This document shows, one piece after another, positions 50,345 through 60,203 of a stretch of 64,000 nt of DNA. The translations under genes and the position numbers were made by a program. The stretch is from contig OZ244141.1 of the NCBI GenBank assembly GCA_965216295.1, positions 4,864-68,863 on the forward strand, in the 5' to 3' direction. The stretch is from Minisyncoccota bacterium. Its GTDB lineage: Bacteria; Patescibacteriota; Minisyncoccia; Phycocordibacterales; JABAAK01. Under the pieces are notes generated by a model, which worked only from the letters and a program-made list of their open reading frames with translations, did not search any database and was not told the DNA's origin. Within the stretch, counting starts at the first letter, position 1, and the number at the start of each line of letters is the position of its first letter.

Positions 50345-50415
50345 TCGGACCGCCGAGAATCGAACTCGGACCACGCGCACCCGAAGCGCGTACACTACCA
50401 CTATGCTACGGTCCG
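50345..50415 (-). tRNA. tRNA-Pro(CGG)
   Basis: CGGACCG/CGGTCCG acceptor stem, CGCGC-TTCGGGT-GCGCG anticodon arm, GTTCGATTC. Confidence 0.95.
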
Positions 50416-50428
50416 TGCAAAATCACTA

Positions 50429-52093
50429 CTATTTCCTCTTTGCTGCACGTTCCCCCGCAGCGTAGATAAGGCCACAAAACACAGGATTCGGATCAAAGGG
50501 ACGTGCCGTGAATTCAGGATGATACTGGGTACCAACAAAGAATGGGTGTTTGGTAGTATCTAACTCAATTGCCTCAACGAGTCCTTTTTTGGAAGTGGCG
50601 GAGACAAGGAGTCCTTTTTTGGTAAACTCTTTCACATACGCACCATTCACTTCGTAACGATGCCGATGCCTCTCTTGAATCGTCCTTGTTCCATAGAGAT
50701 CATGAAGAATCCTTGGACGCATAAGTGTGGCGGTGTATAAACCAAGTCGCATAGATGCTCCGTACTGTTTCTGATTCATTTTCTCCTTTTGTTCTTCAAG
50801 AATGTGAATCACTGGATGTGGTGTCCGAGGATCAACCTCAGTGCTATTTGCTGTTTTTTTACCAACCACATTTTGCATATACTCAACGACCATCAGTTGT
50901 AATCCGTAGCAAATACCTAATATCGGTATATCGTGTTCACGAGCAAAACGGATAACATTGAGTTTTCCGGGAACCCCTGTATTCCCAAAACCACCTGGGA
51001 TGATAATACCGTCAAATTTCTCAAGATGGCGAAGCGCATAATCGCCATCTCGCCCTTCAAAATCCTTGGTATCAATCAATTCAGGTACCACCCGCACACC
51101 CTCAGAAACACCAGAGAAACGCATTGCCTCAAGAATGGAGATGTAGGAATCTTTAAGAATGTAGGATCCAGTTGCAAAATACTTCCCGACAATAGCGATA
51201 CGCACCTCCGGAAACTTTTTATTTTTAACATTTTTCTGCAACTGCCGCCATTTGCGAAGTGTGTTCGTTCGTCGTTGTTTTGGTAAACAGAGAAGATTGA
51301 TAAGCTTCTCCCCTATTTTTTCTTTTTCAAGGTTCGTGATGATATCGTAAATACACGCAACATCGGTAGCGGCAATAATATGTTTCTTTTGTAAATTTGA
51401 AGAGCGTGCTATTTTCTCTTTACGACGATTATCAATCTTTCCTTCACTCCGAGCGATAACAAGAGATGGCACAACACCATATGAGTTGAGTGTTCGAATA
51501 GCGTTTTGTGTTGGTCGTGTCTTTGCCTCACCAATACTGTTTGGACATGGTAGGTATGAGACCAACGCAAAGATAACATGGTTAGGTTTTTCAACCTGCA
51601 TCTGCCTGCCCGCCTCAATGAACAGTAAGTTCTGATAGTCACCGAGGGTTCCACCAATCTCAACAATTTGCACATCTGCTTGCGAACGGCGTGCCGACAA
51701 CTCTATCCGCTGCCGAGTCTCATCAACTAAGTGTGGTATGGTCTCAACACATTTACCGTCATATCCCAATGAACGCTCTCGATCAATCACATGTTGGTAC
51801 ACCATACCGCTGGTTATATAGTCTTCACGGTAAAAACTACGACCAAGAAATCGTTCGTAGTTTCCTAAGTCTTGATCGGTTTCTAATCCTGTATCAAGCA
51901 CAAAAACTTCCCCATGTTCAGTTGGATTCATAGTCCCCGCATCAACATTCAGATACGGATCAATCTTCATGAGGTTCGTCTTGTAACCATACTCAGAAAG
52001 TATGACTGCTGTTGAAGAAGCAGTAATCCCTTTTCCGATGCCAGACATAACCCCACCAACAACAAATATGTACCGTGTTTTTTCCTGACGCAT
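50429..52093 (-). CDS. pyrG: CTP synthase
   Basis: GGVMSGIGKG, KIDPYLNVDAGTMNP.EHGEVFV, GICYGLQ, ERHRHRYE, QYHPEF. Confidence 0.98.
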   Translation of the reverse strand: MRQEKTRYIFVVGGVMSGIGKGITASSTAVILSEYGYKTNLMKIDPYLNVDAGTMNPTEHGEVFVLDTGLETDQDLGNYERFLGRSFYREDYITSGMVYQHVIDRERSLGYDGKCVETIPHLVDETRQRIELSARRSQADVQIVEIGGTLGDYQNLLFIEAGRQMQVEKPNHVIFALVSYLPCPNSIGEAKTRPTQNAIRTLNSYGVVPSLVIARSEGKIDNRRKEKIARSSNLQKKHIIAATDVACIYDIITNLEKEKIGEKLINLLCLPKQRRTNTLRKWRQLQKNVKNKKFPEVRIAIVGKYFATGSYILKDSYISILEAMRFSGVSEGVRVVPELIDTKDFEGRDGDYALRHLEKFDGIIIPGGFGNTGVPGKLNVIRFAREHDIPILGICYGLQLMVVEYMQNVVGKKTANSTEVDPRTPHPVIHILEEQKEKMNQKQYGASMRLGLYTATLMRPRILHDLYGTRTIQERHRHRYEVNGAYVKEFTKKGLLVSATSKKGLVEAIELDTTKHPFFVGTQYHPEFTARPFDPNPVFCGLIYAAGERAAKRK

Positions 52094-52121
52094 TACCCCA
52101 TGGTATCACAAGAGGGGGATA

Positions 52122-52766
52122 CTACTGAGTAGGTTCTTTTGAGAGCTGAAAACGTAAAACGCTCGTATTGAAATTGTTGTGATGTGCAATGACTGCCCCA
52201 CCTGTACCGCCCTCTGGTACAGCAGCAACGAGTATCTGTGCACCGATAACAACAGTTCTGGGTTCTCCTTCCTTGGTATACAGTGGCTGACCATCAATAA
52301 ATGCAATCACCTTCTTACCATCAACGGTGGCAGGGATAAGGACTGATACGACACTGTCTTTTTTAGTGGCATCAACAGCATATGACACAAGCGATGCATC
52401 TTCTCCTGTCGGTATCGGTTTGACAACAAGAGCTTCATAGATATTACTATCACGACCTGCCCCACGTACCTGTTCCTCAAGTGTATAGAGAAGTGATGTT
52501 GGGTCACCATTAAAGAGATTCTGTAGTGGTTCACTCACGCCACGACCAAGAAAGTTGAGAGAAAAATCGTCCCTGTGAACGACAATGACACCAGAGTCCG
52601 TAGGAACAGCAGAAAGATTGGAGAGGCTCACCAATCGCTGTGATGATCCTGTCGCACCATCTGTCAATCGTGAAGGTAACATATTAAAAATGGAAACACC
52701 AACAACAACAATCACAACAACGAGAATAATCGCTATAAGAGACTTCACGAGTACACGCCCTATCAT
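52122..52766 (-). CDS. Hypothetical membrane-anchored protein (start likely 52766; ORF track gives 52799)
   Basis: MIGRVLVK followed by a TM helix and a soluble domain; TATTAT 9 nt upstream. Confidence 0.65.
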   Translation of the reverse strand: MIGRVLVKSLIAIILVVVIVVVGVSIFNMLPSRLTDGATGSSQRLVSLSNLSAVPTDSGVIVVHRDDFSLNFLGRGVSEPLQNLFNGDPTSLLYTLEEQVRGAGRDSNIYEALVVKPIPTGEDASLVSYAVDATKKDSVVSVLIPATVDGKKVIAFIDGQPLYTKEGEPRTVVIGAQILVAAVPEGGTGGAVIAHHNNFNTSVLRFQLSKEPTQ

Positions 52767-52850
52767 AGTACTTCTATAATACAACACAATGACACACACG
52801 ATTATTGATATTCCACAATACTACCCTCGTCTTTTGTATACTGCCACCAT

Positions 52851-54998
52851 ATGAAACAGGCTACAGTGGGCGACGCCCTCATCACAGAGCACTTCCGTGG
52901 CATTACTCATGAAAAACGAAAAAGTCTTGCAACACTTGGATTACTCACGGTGCGTGACCTCTTGTACCATTTCCCTGCTCGTTTTGAACAACCAGGAACC
53001 CGCTTCTCTGGTTCTCTCCAGAAAGGTGAGACGGTAGTGGTTGAAGGAGAGGTGAGTGCCATACGAATGCGAAAGACACGAGGAACAAGACGTGTCATGG
53101 TAGCTGAAGCAAGTATTCAAGCAGGAGTTGGTAGGGTTGTGCCAGTTATGTGGTTTCATCAACCATACATTGCAAAACAATTCCAGAAAGGTGACATGGT
53201 ACGGATACGTGGCAGTGTTGCAGGAAGCACGAAATACTACATCACAAACCCAACAATACAAAAAATCAATGCTCTCACGAACCCATTTGATGAAACAACA
53301 CCCACCAACGAACCATTAGTGCCCATCTATCCAACAACAAAAGGAATATCATCTGCATGGCTCCAGGGTAAAGTCGAGGCACTCCTTCGCACTGACATTC
53401 CAAAGCACCTCGAAGATGTTGTTCCCAAACAGGTACAAACATCACTGCATCTACCAAATCTGCACGACGCCCTCCTCACCATTCACCAACCACGCAATAC
53501 AGATGAGTATGAAGTTGCTCAGAAACGTTTCATTTTTGAAATTATGTTTGTCCTCCAGGTTACCCAACAGTACAGCCTGCAGAAAAGATCACAAGAAAAG
53601 GTACGAATGATACATATCCAAAAAGATCACGTACAATCATTTATGCAAGAACACTTCGCTTTTACCCCAACGCAAGCACAGTATCGTGTGGTGGATGAAA
53701 TTCAGAAAGATTTGATGCGAGGGACACCGATGGCACGATTATTGGAAGGAGATGTGGGTTCAGGAAAAACCGCAGTAGCAGCCGCCATTCTCTACGCCAT
53801 TGTCACCGCAAAAAAAGAGAAGAAAACGGTTGCAGAAAACATTGCTCAAATAGCGTATATGGCACCAACAGAACTTCTTGCACGCCAACAATTCGACACT
53901 ATCACAGCACTCTTTGGACACCTCCCTATACACGTTGGTTTGATTACTGGTAAGCAGTGTATGAAATTTCCCTCAAAAGTAGATAAAGAAAAAGCAACAA
54001 AAATCTCTCGCCCCCAGTTAGAAAAGTGGATACAAAACGGAGAGATTGCAATTCTCGTTGGCACACACGCACTCATACAAAAAAGTGTTATTTTCAGACA
54101 CCTCTCACTAGTCGTTATTGATGAGCAGCACCGATTTGGTGTTGCCCAACGACAACAGATTATTCAACAAAAAATAGAAACACCACACCTCCTATCAATG
54201 ACAGCAACACCAATCCCTCGAACTCTTGCTCTTGCCCTCTACGGTGATCTCTCACTCTCAGTCCTTGACGAATTACCCGTGGGAAGAAAACCCGTAGAGA
54301 CAAAACTGCTCAGTGATACAGAGAGTGCAGAGGTCTATGAACACATTCGCAGTGAAGTAACAAAGGGACATCAAGCATACATACTTTGTCCTCGCATTAA
54401 CGAGTCTGAAGAATCACCACTCCGCTCAGTCAAAGAAGAGTATCTTCTGGTAAAAGAAACAGTATTTCCAGACCTCACCATTGCTATGCTACACGGCAAA
54501 ATGAATGCCACAGAACGAATAGATGTTATGGAACGATTTACCAATGGAGAGATTGATGTTTTGGTGACCACCACCGTCATTGAAGTTGGTATTAACGTAC
54601 CAAACGCAACAACGATGGTCGTGTTTCATGCGGAACGGTTTGGCCTCGCACAGCTCCACCAACTCCGTGGTCGTGTCATTCGCAGCCAGTTTCAACCGTA
54701 CTGCTTTATACTCAGTAGTAACAAAAACCCAATGACACGAGACCGACTTACTTTCTTTGCAAAAACACACAATGGATTTGAACTCGCTGAACAAGACCTT
54801 CAGGTGCGTGGTATGGGAGAGTTGATAGGGTTGCGACAATCAGGCATCCCCGACATTGCTATGGAAGCACTCAAAAACAAAAAACTGGTAACGATAGCAC
54901 AAGAACAGGCAAAAACCATCGTGACCAAAGACCCAACACTACACCACCACCCACACCTCCTCAAGCGTGCACAACAAGGGAGTCATGCCCGTGAGTAA
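52851..54998 (+). CDS. recG: ATP-dependent DNA helicase RecG
   Basis: OB wedge; RLLEGDVGSGKT, MAPTELLA.Q, DEQHRFGV.QR, MTATPIPRTL, AERFGLAQLHQLRGRV. Confidence 0.98.
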   Translation: MKQATVGDALITEHFRGITHEKRKSLATLGLLTVRDLLYHFPARFEQPGTRFSGSLQKGETVVVEGEVSAIRMRKTRGTRRVMVAEASIQAGVGRVVPVMWFHQPYIAKQFQKGDMVRIRGSVAGSTKYYITNPTIQKINALTNPFDETTPTNEPLVPIYPTTKGISSAWLQGKVEALLRTDIPKHLEDVVPKQVQTSLHLPNLHDALLTIHQPRNTDEYEVAQKRFIFEIMFVLQVTQQYSLQKRSQEKVRMIHIQKDHVQSFMQEHFAFTPTQAQYRVVDEIQKDLMRGTPMARLLEGDVGSGKTAVAAAILYAIVTAKKEKKTVAENIAQIAYMAPTELLARQQFDTITALFGHLPIHVGLITGKQCMKFPSKVDKEKATKISRPQLEKWIQNGEIAILVGTHALIQKSVIFRHLSLVVIDEQHRFGVAQRQQIIQQKIETPHLLSMTATPIPRTLALALYGDLSLSVLDELPVGRKPVETKLLSDTESAEVYEHIRSEVTKGHQAYILCPRINESEESPLRSVKEEYLLVKETVFPDLTIAMLHGKMNATERIDVMERFTNGEIDVLVTTTVIEVGINVPNATTMVVFHAERFGLAQLHQLRGRVIRSQFQPYCFILSSNKNPMTRDRLTFFAKTHNGFELAEQDLQVRGMGELIGLRQSGIPDIAMEALKNKKLVTIAQEQAKTIVTKDPTLHHHPHLLKRAQQGSHARE

Positions 54999-55194
54999 AT
55001 TGATATCATTGTGTGTGATATACTTGAGATATAGATGGATTAGGCACCGGGCCCAATTGGGTAATCCGGGCCTTTTTTTTACTCTGTAAGTATGGATCAA
55101 TATAGTCCCTTTTAAGAATGTCTCTATAGTAAAACTGTATGTACTCACCAGGAAGAATAACGGTGCACAGCAAGGAAGTCATGCCCGTGAGTAA
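54967..55194. repeat. 32-bp direct repeat of the recG 3' end (54967-54998 and 55163-55194)
   Basis: gtgcacaacaagggagtcatgcccgtgagtaa versus gtgcacagcaaggaagtcatgcccgtgagtaa, 2 mismatches. Confidence 0.9.
55042..55080 (+). terminator. Probable intrinsic terminator after recG
   Basis: GC-rich hairpin aggcaccgg-gcccaattgggt-aat-ccgggcc followed by T8. Confidence 0.65.
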
Positions 55195-55203
55195 TATTGC
55201 AAG

Positions 55204-55276
55204 TCCACCCGCCTGGACTTGAACCAGGAACCGCTCGTGTATAAGACGAGTGCTCTACCAATTGAGCTACAGGTGG
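55204..55276 (-). tRNA. tRNA-Ile(UAU)
   Basis: CCACCTG/CGGGTGG acceptor stem, A73, GCTC/GAGC D stem, CTCGT-CTTATAC-ACGAG anticodon arm, GTTCAAGTC. Confidence 0.9.
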
Positions 55277-55337
55277 TTTATCCCACCACGAAACCATCAT
55301 ACCCCCACACGCAACAAGGTGGTATACTCCCACCGCC

Positions 55338-56012
55338 ATGGCACTTTCCGACAAACGCATCATAGACGAGATGGAGAAAGGCCACATTGTTATTACGCCA
55401 TTTTCCAAAGAAAACCTCTCCACCTCAAGCTATGATGTTGCCTTGGGTGAGTACTACTTTGAAGAACAGCGTCCAGACACCACAAAGGTCTATAAGATCT
55501 ACAACCCGTATAGTAAAAAGGCTGTCGATCGGGTATGGGGGGTAACACCACTCCAAGCAGAGAGAGCGGAAACAGTTTTAGGTGATACGTTCCCTTTTGA
55601 CGGTATCACAAAAAATGATAAGGTCATACTCGTTCCTGCAGGTGCCACCATTCTGGCACACACCGAAGAATTCATTGGTGGTGTTGATCACATCACTACC
55701 ATGATGAAAGCTCGTTCATCACTTGGCAGAAACTTTATTGAAGTATGTAAGTGCGCTGGCTGGGGTGATGTGGGGTACATCAACCGATGGACTATGGAAA
55801 TTACTAACAACTCGAGATACTACGCTATCCCCCTTGTTGTTGGACGACGTATCGGACAGATTATCTTTTTCAACACTGGTGCCATTCGTGCCTCTGATTA
55901 CGCAGGAAGTGGAAAGTATCAAACAACAACAGATTTGCAAGAACTTCAAAAGATGTGGCGACCAGATATGATGCTCCCAAAGATGTATAACGATCGAGAG
56001 GTGCAAAAGTAG
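55338..56012 (+). CDS. dcd: dCTP deaminase family protein
   Basis: MALSD, SSYDV.LG, LAHT.E, ARSSLGR, GDVGY..RWTMEI.N, RIGQIIF, GKYQ. Confidence 0.9.
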   Translation: MALSDKRIIDEMEKGHIVITPFSKENLSTSSYDVALGEYYFEEQRPDTTKVYKIYNPYSKKAVDRVWGVTPLQAERAETVLGDTFPFDGITKNDKVILVPAGATILAHTEEFIGGVDHITTMMKARSSLGRNFIEVCKCAGWGDVGYINRWTMEITNNSRYYAIPLVVGRRIGQIIFFNTGAIRASDYAGSGKYQTTTDLQELQKMWRPDMMLPKMYNDREVQK

Positions 56013-56022
56013 CAGAGAAACT

Positions 56023-56718
56023 ATGGAACAGGCAAACAAAAGAACTGACACAAACGTCCGTATTGAGAGTTCGTGGCGTGACGCACTTAAAGATTTTTTT
56101 ACAACCGACGAGTGGCACCAATTAGCGGTTTCAGTACGACAGGAATACCTCTCGGATAAAGAGGTGTATCCACGCGCGACACAGGTGTTTCATGCGTTTA
56201 ACTGCTGTCCTTTTACAAAAGTACGGGTGGTCATACTCGGTCAAGATCCATACCACGGAAAAGGACAAGCACATGGACTATCGTTTTCTGTACCACAAGG
56301 CACTCGCACACCACCATCACTACAAAATATTTTTAAAGAAATTCAGAACGATACTGGTGTGACAGTCGATACTCGATCTGGTGATTTAACTCCGTGGACA
56401 GAGCAAGGAGTCTTTTTATTAAACAGCATTCTGACCGTTGTCGCCAACACGCCCACAGCACACCGAGGGCTTGGCTGGGAAGGATTTACCGACACGGTAA
56501 TACAGACACTCTCCGAGAAACGAGAACATCTCGTCTTTCTCCTCTGGGGTGCATACGCAAAGGGTAAGCAAGAACTCATAGACAACACCAAACATGCTGT
56601 CTTTACCGCAGCACACCCATCACCGTTTTCTGCACACCACGGTTTCTTTGGTTGCAAACACTTCAGTAAGGCAAATGAATACCTCGTCGCCAATGCGCAA
56701 AAACCGATTCAATGGTAG
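56023..56718 (+). CDS. ung: Uracil-DNA glycosylase (family 1)
   Basis: VVILGQDPYH, AHGLSFS, PPSLQNI, LLN..LTV, HPSPFS. Confidence 0.98.
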   Translation: MEQANKRTDTNVRIESSWRDALKDFFTTDEWHQLAVSVRQEYLSDKEVYPRATQVFHAFNCCPFTKVRVVILGQDPYHGKGQAHGLSFSVPQGTRTPPSLQNIFKEIQNDTGVTVDTRSGDLTPWTEQGVFLLNSILTVVANTPTAHRGLGWEGFTDTVIQTLSEKREHLVFLLWGAYAKGKQELIDNTKHAVFTAAHPSPFSAHHGFFGCKHFSKANEYLVANAQKPIQW

Positions 56719-56723
56719 AGAAA

Positions 56724-58643
56724 CTACTTCCCTAACTCGTTCTGTATCTCTATACCTTCTCCACGGAGAACCTCCTCATAGTCACCTCGTTCAAGTGTTT
56801 CAACTTCAAGTAGACGTACCACCAAAACATCAAGCACACTACGGTGTTTGGTAAGAATCTCTGTCGCACGAGCATGCGCATCTTTCACTATCTTCTCAAT
56901 TTCTGTATCTATCTCTTGCTCTGTCGTCGGTGCATGTCCTTCACGTACAGAACCAAAGGCACCCGCCTGCTTTTGTCGAAGAACAATAGGACCAATCTTA
57001 CTCGACATACCAAAACGAGTAACCATACTATGTGCAAGTTCTGAAACATTTTTTAAATCACTGGATGGACCAGTTGAAAGATCCTGGAAAACGATCTCTT
57101 CTGCAACGTAGCCACCAAGTGCCATGGTGATATTATCAATCAACTCTTTTCTTGTTTTCAAACGACGCTCAGTATCTGGTAGTGATAGCACATACCCACC
57201 TGCATGACCACGGGAAACAATAGTTATCTTTTGCACTGGATCGGCAAATGGAAGGAGGGATGCGAGAAGTGCGTGCCCTGCTTCGTGGTAAGCGATGACT
57301 CTTCGTTCATGGTCAGTGATGACACGACTAGGACGCTCTGGTCCAAAGAGTACTTTCTCAATAGAAGCGAGAAGGTCTCCTTGTCCAATCTTTGTACGGT
57401 TATCACGCACCGCAAGAATACCTGCCTCATTCACCACCGAAGCAAGGTCAGCTCCCGAGAGACCAGGAGTACGACGAGCAACAATTGTAAAATCCACATC
57501 CTCTTCAAGTTTCTTTCCGCGTGCATGTACCGCGATAATCTCCTTTCGCTCTTTGATGTCTGGCAAATCAATAGTTACCTTTCTATCAAAACGACCAGGA
57601 CGAAGCAATGCCGTATCAAGAATGTCTGCACGATTTGTTGATGCCAAGACAATAACTTTATCTGTCTGTTCAAAGCCATCCATCTCTACTAGTATTTGGT
57701 TGAGTGCCTGCTCTCGTTCATCGTTACCACCGCCAAGTCCTGAGCCACGCGCACGCCCTACCGCATCTATCTCGTCAATAAAGACAATCGCTGGCGCTGT
57801 CTTTTTGGCGTTTGCAAATAAGTCACGCACTCGAGATGCACCAACACCAACAAACATTTCTACAAACTCTGATCCTGAAATAGAAAAGAATGGTACATTT
57901 GCTTCCCCCGCTACTGCTCGTGCAAGAAGTGTTTTACCGGTACCAGGAGCACCAGTGAGAAGAACTCCTTTGGGTACTTTTGAACCAATCGCAAAGAAAC
58001 GCTCTGGCTGTTTTAAAAATTCGACAAACTCCTGTAATTCCTGTTTTGCCTCTTGTGCTCCAGCAACATCTTTAAAAGTTACTCTGTTTGCCTTATCATT
58101 TGGATTGATAAATCGTGCTCGTGACCTGCCGAACTGAAATACCTGCATACCAACACCTTTTGCCTGTCGAGTGATAAACCAAATGAACAGGAGGAGAATA
58201 AGAATGGGAAAGAGAAACGGTAACACATTTTTTACCCACACACCAAACCCTGTTTCTTTTTCAATACGATACTCAATTGCTCCTAGTTGTGCAGCAGTCA
58301 CTCCGAGGTTCAAGAGAGTTTGATCAAATGCCTCAAAGGCATCTTTTCGTAACACCGCTTTCGTGTCATCAGTGTATACCACTGACACCTCTGGACCACT
58401 CACTATTAATGATGTAATGTTTCTGTTTTGTATTGCTGTGACAATTTCTGAAATTGATGGGTTTTTCACTTCTTCTTTTTCTTGAAGCAATCCATACCCG
58501 TACGAAGAAACAAGAAGTATTCCAACAACTACCAAAAGCACAGTGGTGAACTTGGGTGGTTTTTTGGTACCCCTTTTTCTTCCAAGGATACTCTTCATCT
58601 TTTTTTGTCTTTTGTCTTTTTTGCTAGCCTTTTTTCTTTCCAT
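56724..58643 (-). CDS. ftsH: ATP-dependent zinc metalloprotease FtsH
   Basis: Two TM helices, [32 protein letters not shown]. Confidence 0.98.
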   Translation of the reverse strand: MERKKASKKDKRQKKMKSILGRKRGTKKPPKFTTVLLVVVGILLVSSYGYGLLQEKEEVKNPSISEIVTAIQNRNITSLIVSGPEVSVVYTDDTKAVLRKDAFEAFDQTLLNLGVTAAQLGAIEYRIEKETGFGVWVKNVLPFLFPILILLLFIWFITRQAKGVGMQVFQFGRSRARFINPNDKANRVTFKDVAGAQEAKQELQEFVEFLKQPERFFAIGSKVPKGVLLTGAPGTGKTLLARAVAGEANVPFFSISGSEFVEMFVGVGASRVRDLFANAKKTAPAIVFIDEIDAVGRARGSGLGGGNDEREQALNQILVEMDGFEQTDKVIVLASTNRADILDTALLRPGRFDRKVTIDLPDIKERKEIIAVHARGKKLEEDVDFTIVARRTPGLSGADLASVVNEAGILAVRDNRTKIGQGDLLASIEKVLFGPERPSRVITDHERRVIAYHEAGHALLASLLPFADPVQKITIVSRGHAGGYVLSLPDTERRLKTRKELIDNITMALGGYVAEEIVFQDLSTGPSSDLKNVSELAHSMVTRFGMSSKIGPIVLRQKQAGAFGSVREGHAPTTEQEIDTEIEKIVKDAHARATEILTKHRSVLDVLVVRLLEVETLERGDYEEVLRGEGIEIQNELGK

Positions 58644-58717
58644 ATACTATATATGTTCCACCCACTGTTTTACCCACACACCCTCCTTTATACCTTGCTA
58701 AGGTATTATATACAGTA

Positions 58718-59161
58718 ATGGCGTATATAACCAACCGAGAGGTGAAAAAAAATATGAAAATCGTGGATACTCTGCGAGCGGGCATCTCCCTCATTGGGAG
58801 TGAGGTGAAGAGTGTTCGTGAGGGTTCTGGATCACTCCAAGGTGCTCGTGTCCTAATACGAGGCAATGAAGTGTTCCTTGTTGGAGCAACCATACCCCCT
58901 TATCAGGTAAAAAATACACCAGATGACTATGATCCTACTCGTACTAGACGACTCCTCATTGGCAAACATGAGCGAGAACAACTTGCGCGAAAGGTTGATG
59001 CAAAAAACTTGACACTTGTACCCATCTCTATTTACAATGTTGGTAGAAACCTCAAGGTTGATATTGCACTTGCGCGGAAAAAATTGAGTGGTGACAAACG
59101 TGAGGTTATACAGAAAAGAGATGCGAAACGGACAATACGGAAAGCATTTGGAAGAAAGTAA
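58718..59161 (+). CDS. smpB: SsrA-binding protein
   Basis: AGISL.GSEVKS.R, DP.RTRRLL, LTLVP, DKRE; immediately upstream of tmRNA. Confidence 0.96.
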   Translation: MAYITNREVKKNMKIVDTLRAGISLIGSEVKSVREGSGSLQGARVLIRGNEVFLVGATIPPYQVKNTPDDYDPTRTRRLLIGKHEREQLARKVDAKNLTLVPISIYNVGRNLKVDIALARKKLSGDKREVIQKRDAKRTIRKAFGRK

Positions 59162-59213
59162 TTTCTATTCCTCTCTAGGGAGTCATCTCACCCCACCCGA
59201 GGTGGCTCCCTAC

Positions 59214-59560
59214 GGGGGTGTCAGGATTTGACAGTTACCCAAGGTAGATAGTGTAGCGTGGTAGAGCGAGATCTCTTTAAACATCGAATACATGCAAAAG
59301 AAAAATTTGCACGGGCTGGTCTCGTACCAGTACCTGCATTTGCGTAAGTAAAATTCACGTGAGTGCCGTCTGCTAAGCAATACTCAGTACGCATAGCAAG
59401 GCGTCAGAATTCTGAGTACATGGATGTGTGAACCGCTTCGGTACACATCGACATACAGAAGCAAACCACGGGTGTGCTTACCCTATATAAGCACTACGTC
59501 ACGAAGAAGCGCTATGTACCAGTAACATGGACGGGAGTTCAATTCTCCCCACCTCCACCA
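59214..59560 (+). ncRNA. ssrA: tmRNA; tag frame 59294-59347 reads (A)AKEKFARAGLVPVPAFA*
   Basis: 5' GGGGGTG-TCAGGATTTGAC; 3' GACGGGAGTTCAATTCTCCCCACCTCCACCA with a G3-U pair; tag ends AFA-TAA. Confidence 0.95.
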
Positions 59561-59922
59561 TTTAGAATTTATTAAATGATTTCCTTAAAGGGTTTGTGAT
59601 TGCTTGCTTCAATGTCTCTAAAGTTCGACATTTTGAAATAAGGTAAAACCAATTCCCACAAACCCTATGGACATTGTTCTAAAAAAGTTCGAGATACGAT
59701 TTGCTTTTCTGTTTGTGTTATAGGTCCGATGATTCTCACATTCCTAATCTCACTTTTTTATAATCCACCTTCAAAAATAAGTACTAGCATTATAATTTAG
59801 ACATATATTTTTTTGGTTTGTATGAACCATCTGCCTTTCTTTGTTTGAAAGTTTTTTTACAATTAGATATTGAGTTAAAAGAATTATTAACATTTTATAA
59901 TATTGAACCAAGTGATGTATAA

Positions 59923-60197
59923 TTAAGATATATGAAAAAGCATATTTTGGATGAAAGTAAGGTTCAAAAATGCTCTTTTTTGCATTGGTTCAGAACAATT
60001 CTCAAAAATATCCCTTGCCCTTCGTACTACAGATAGTACTGTAGACACTGTTGTTTGGTATTCATAATCAGCTTCTCTGTGTTCCGAAAGCTCAACTTCC
60101 AAGAGCTGTAATTTATCAGCATACTCTTGATGCTTTTTGTCATAGATGTCCTTAGTAATTCGTCTGTTGATACTCTTGCAACCTTTATTGCTTTCAT
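59923..60197 (-). pseudogene. Internally deleted large serine recombinase
   Basis: MKAIKVARVSTDE (catalytic RVST motif) is joined out of frame to ITKDIYDKKHQEYADKLQLLEVEL...ARDIFENCSEPMQKRAFLN, which resembles the coiled-coil/C-terminal region. Confidence 0.8.
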
Positions 60198-60203
60198 AGG
60201 TCG

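Noticed and set aside
54967-55194. CRISPR mini-array
   Set aside because: Only two copies 164 bp apart, one is recG coding sequence, and there are no cas genes.
49810-55435. ORFs 49810-50037, 55145-55423 and 55250-55435, and the ruvX N-terminal extension
   Set aside because: They overlap tRNA genes.
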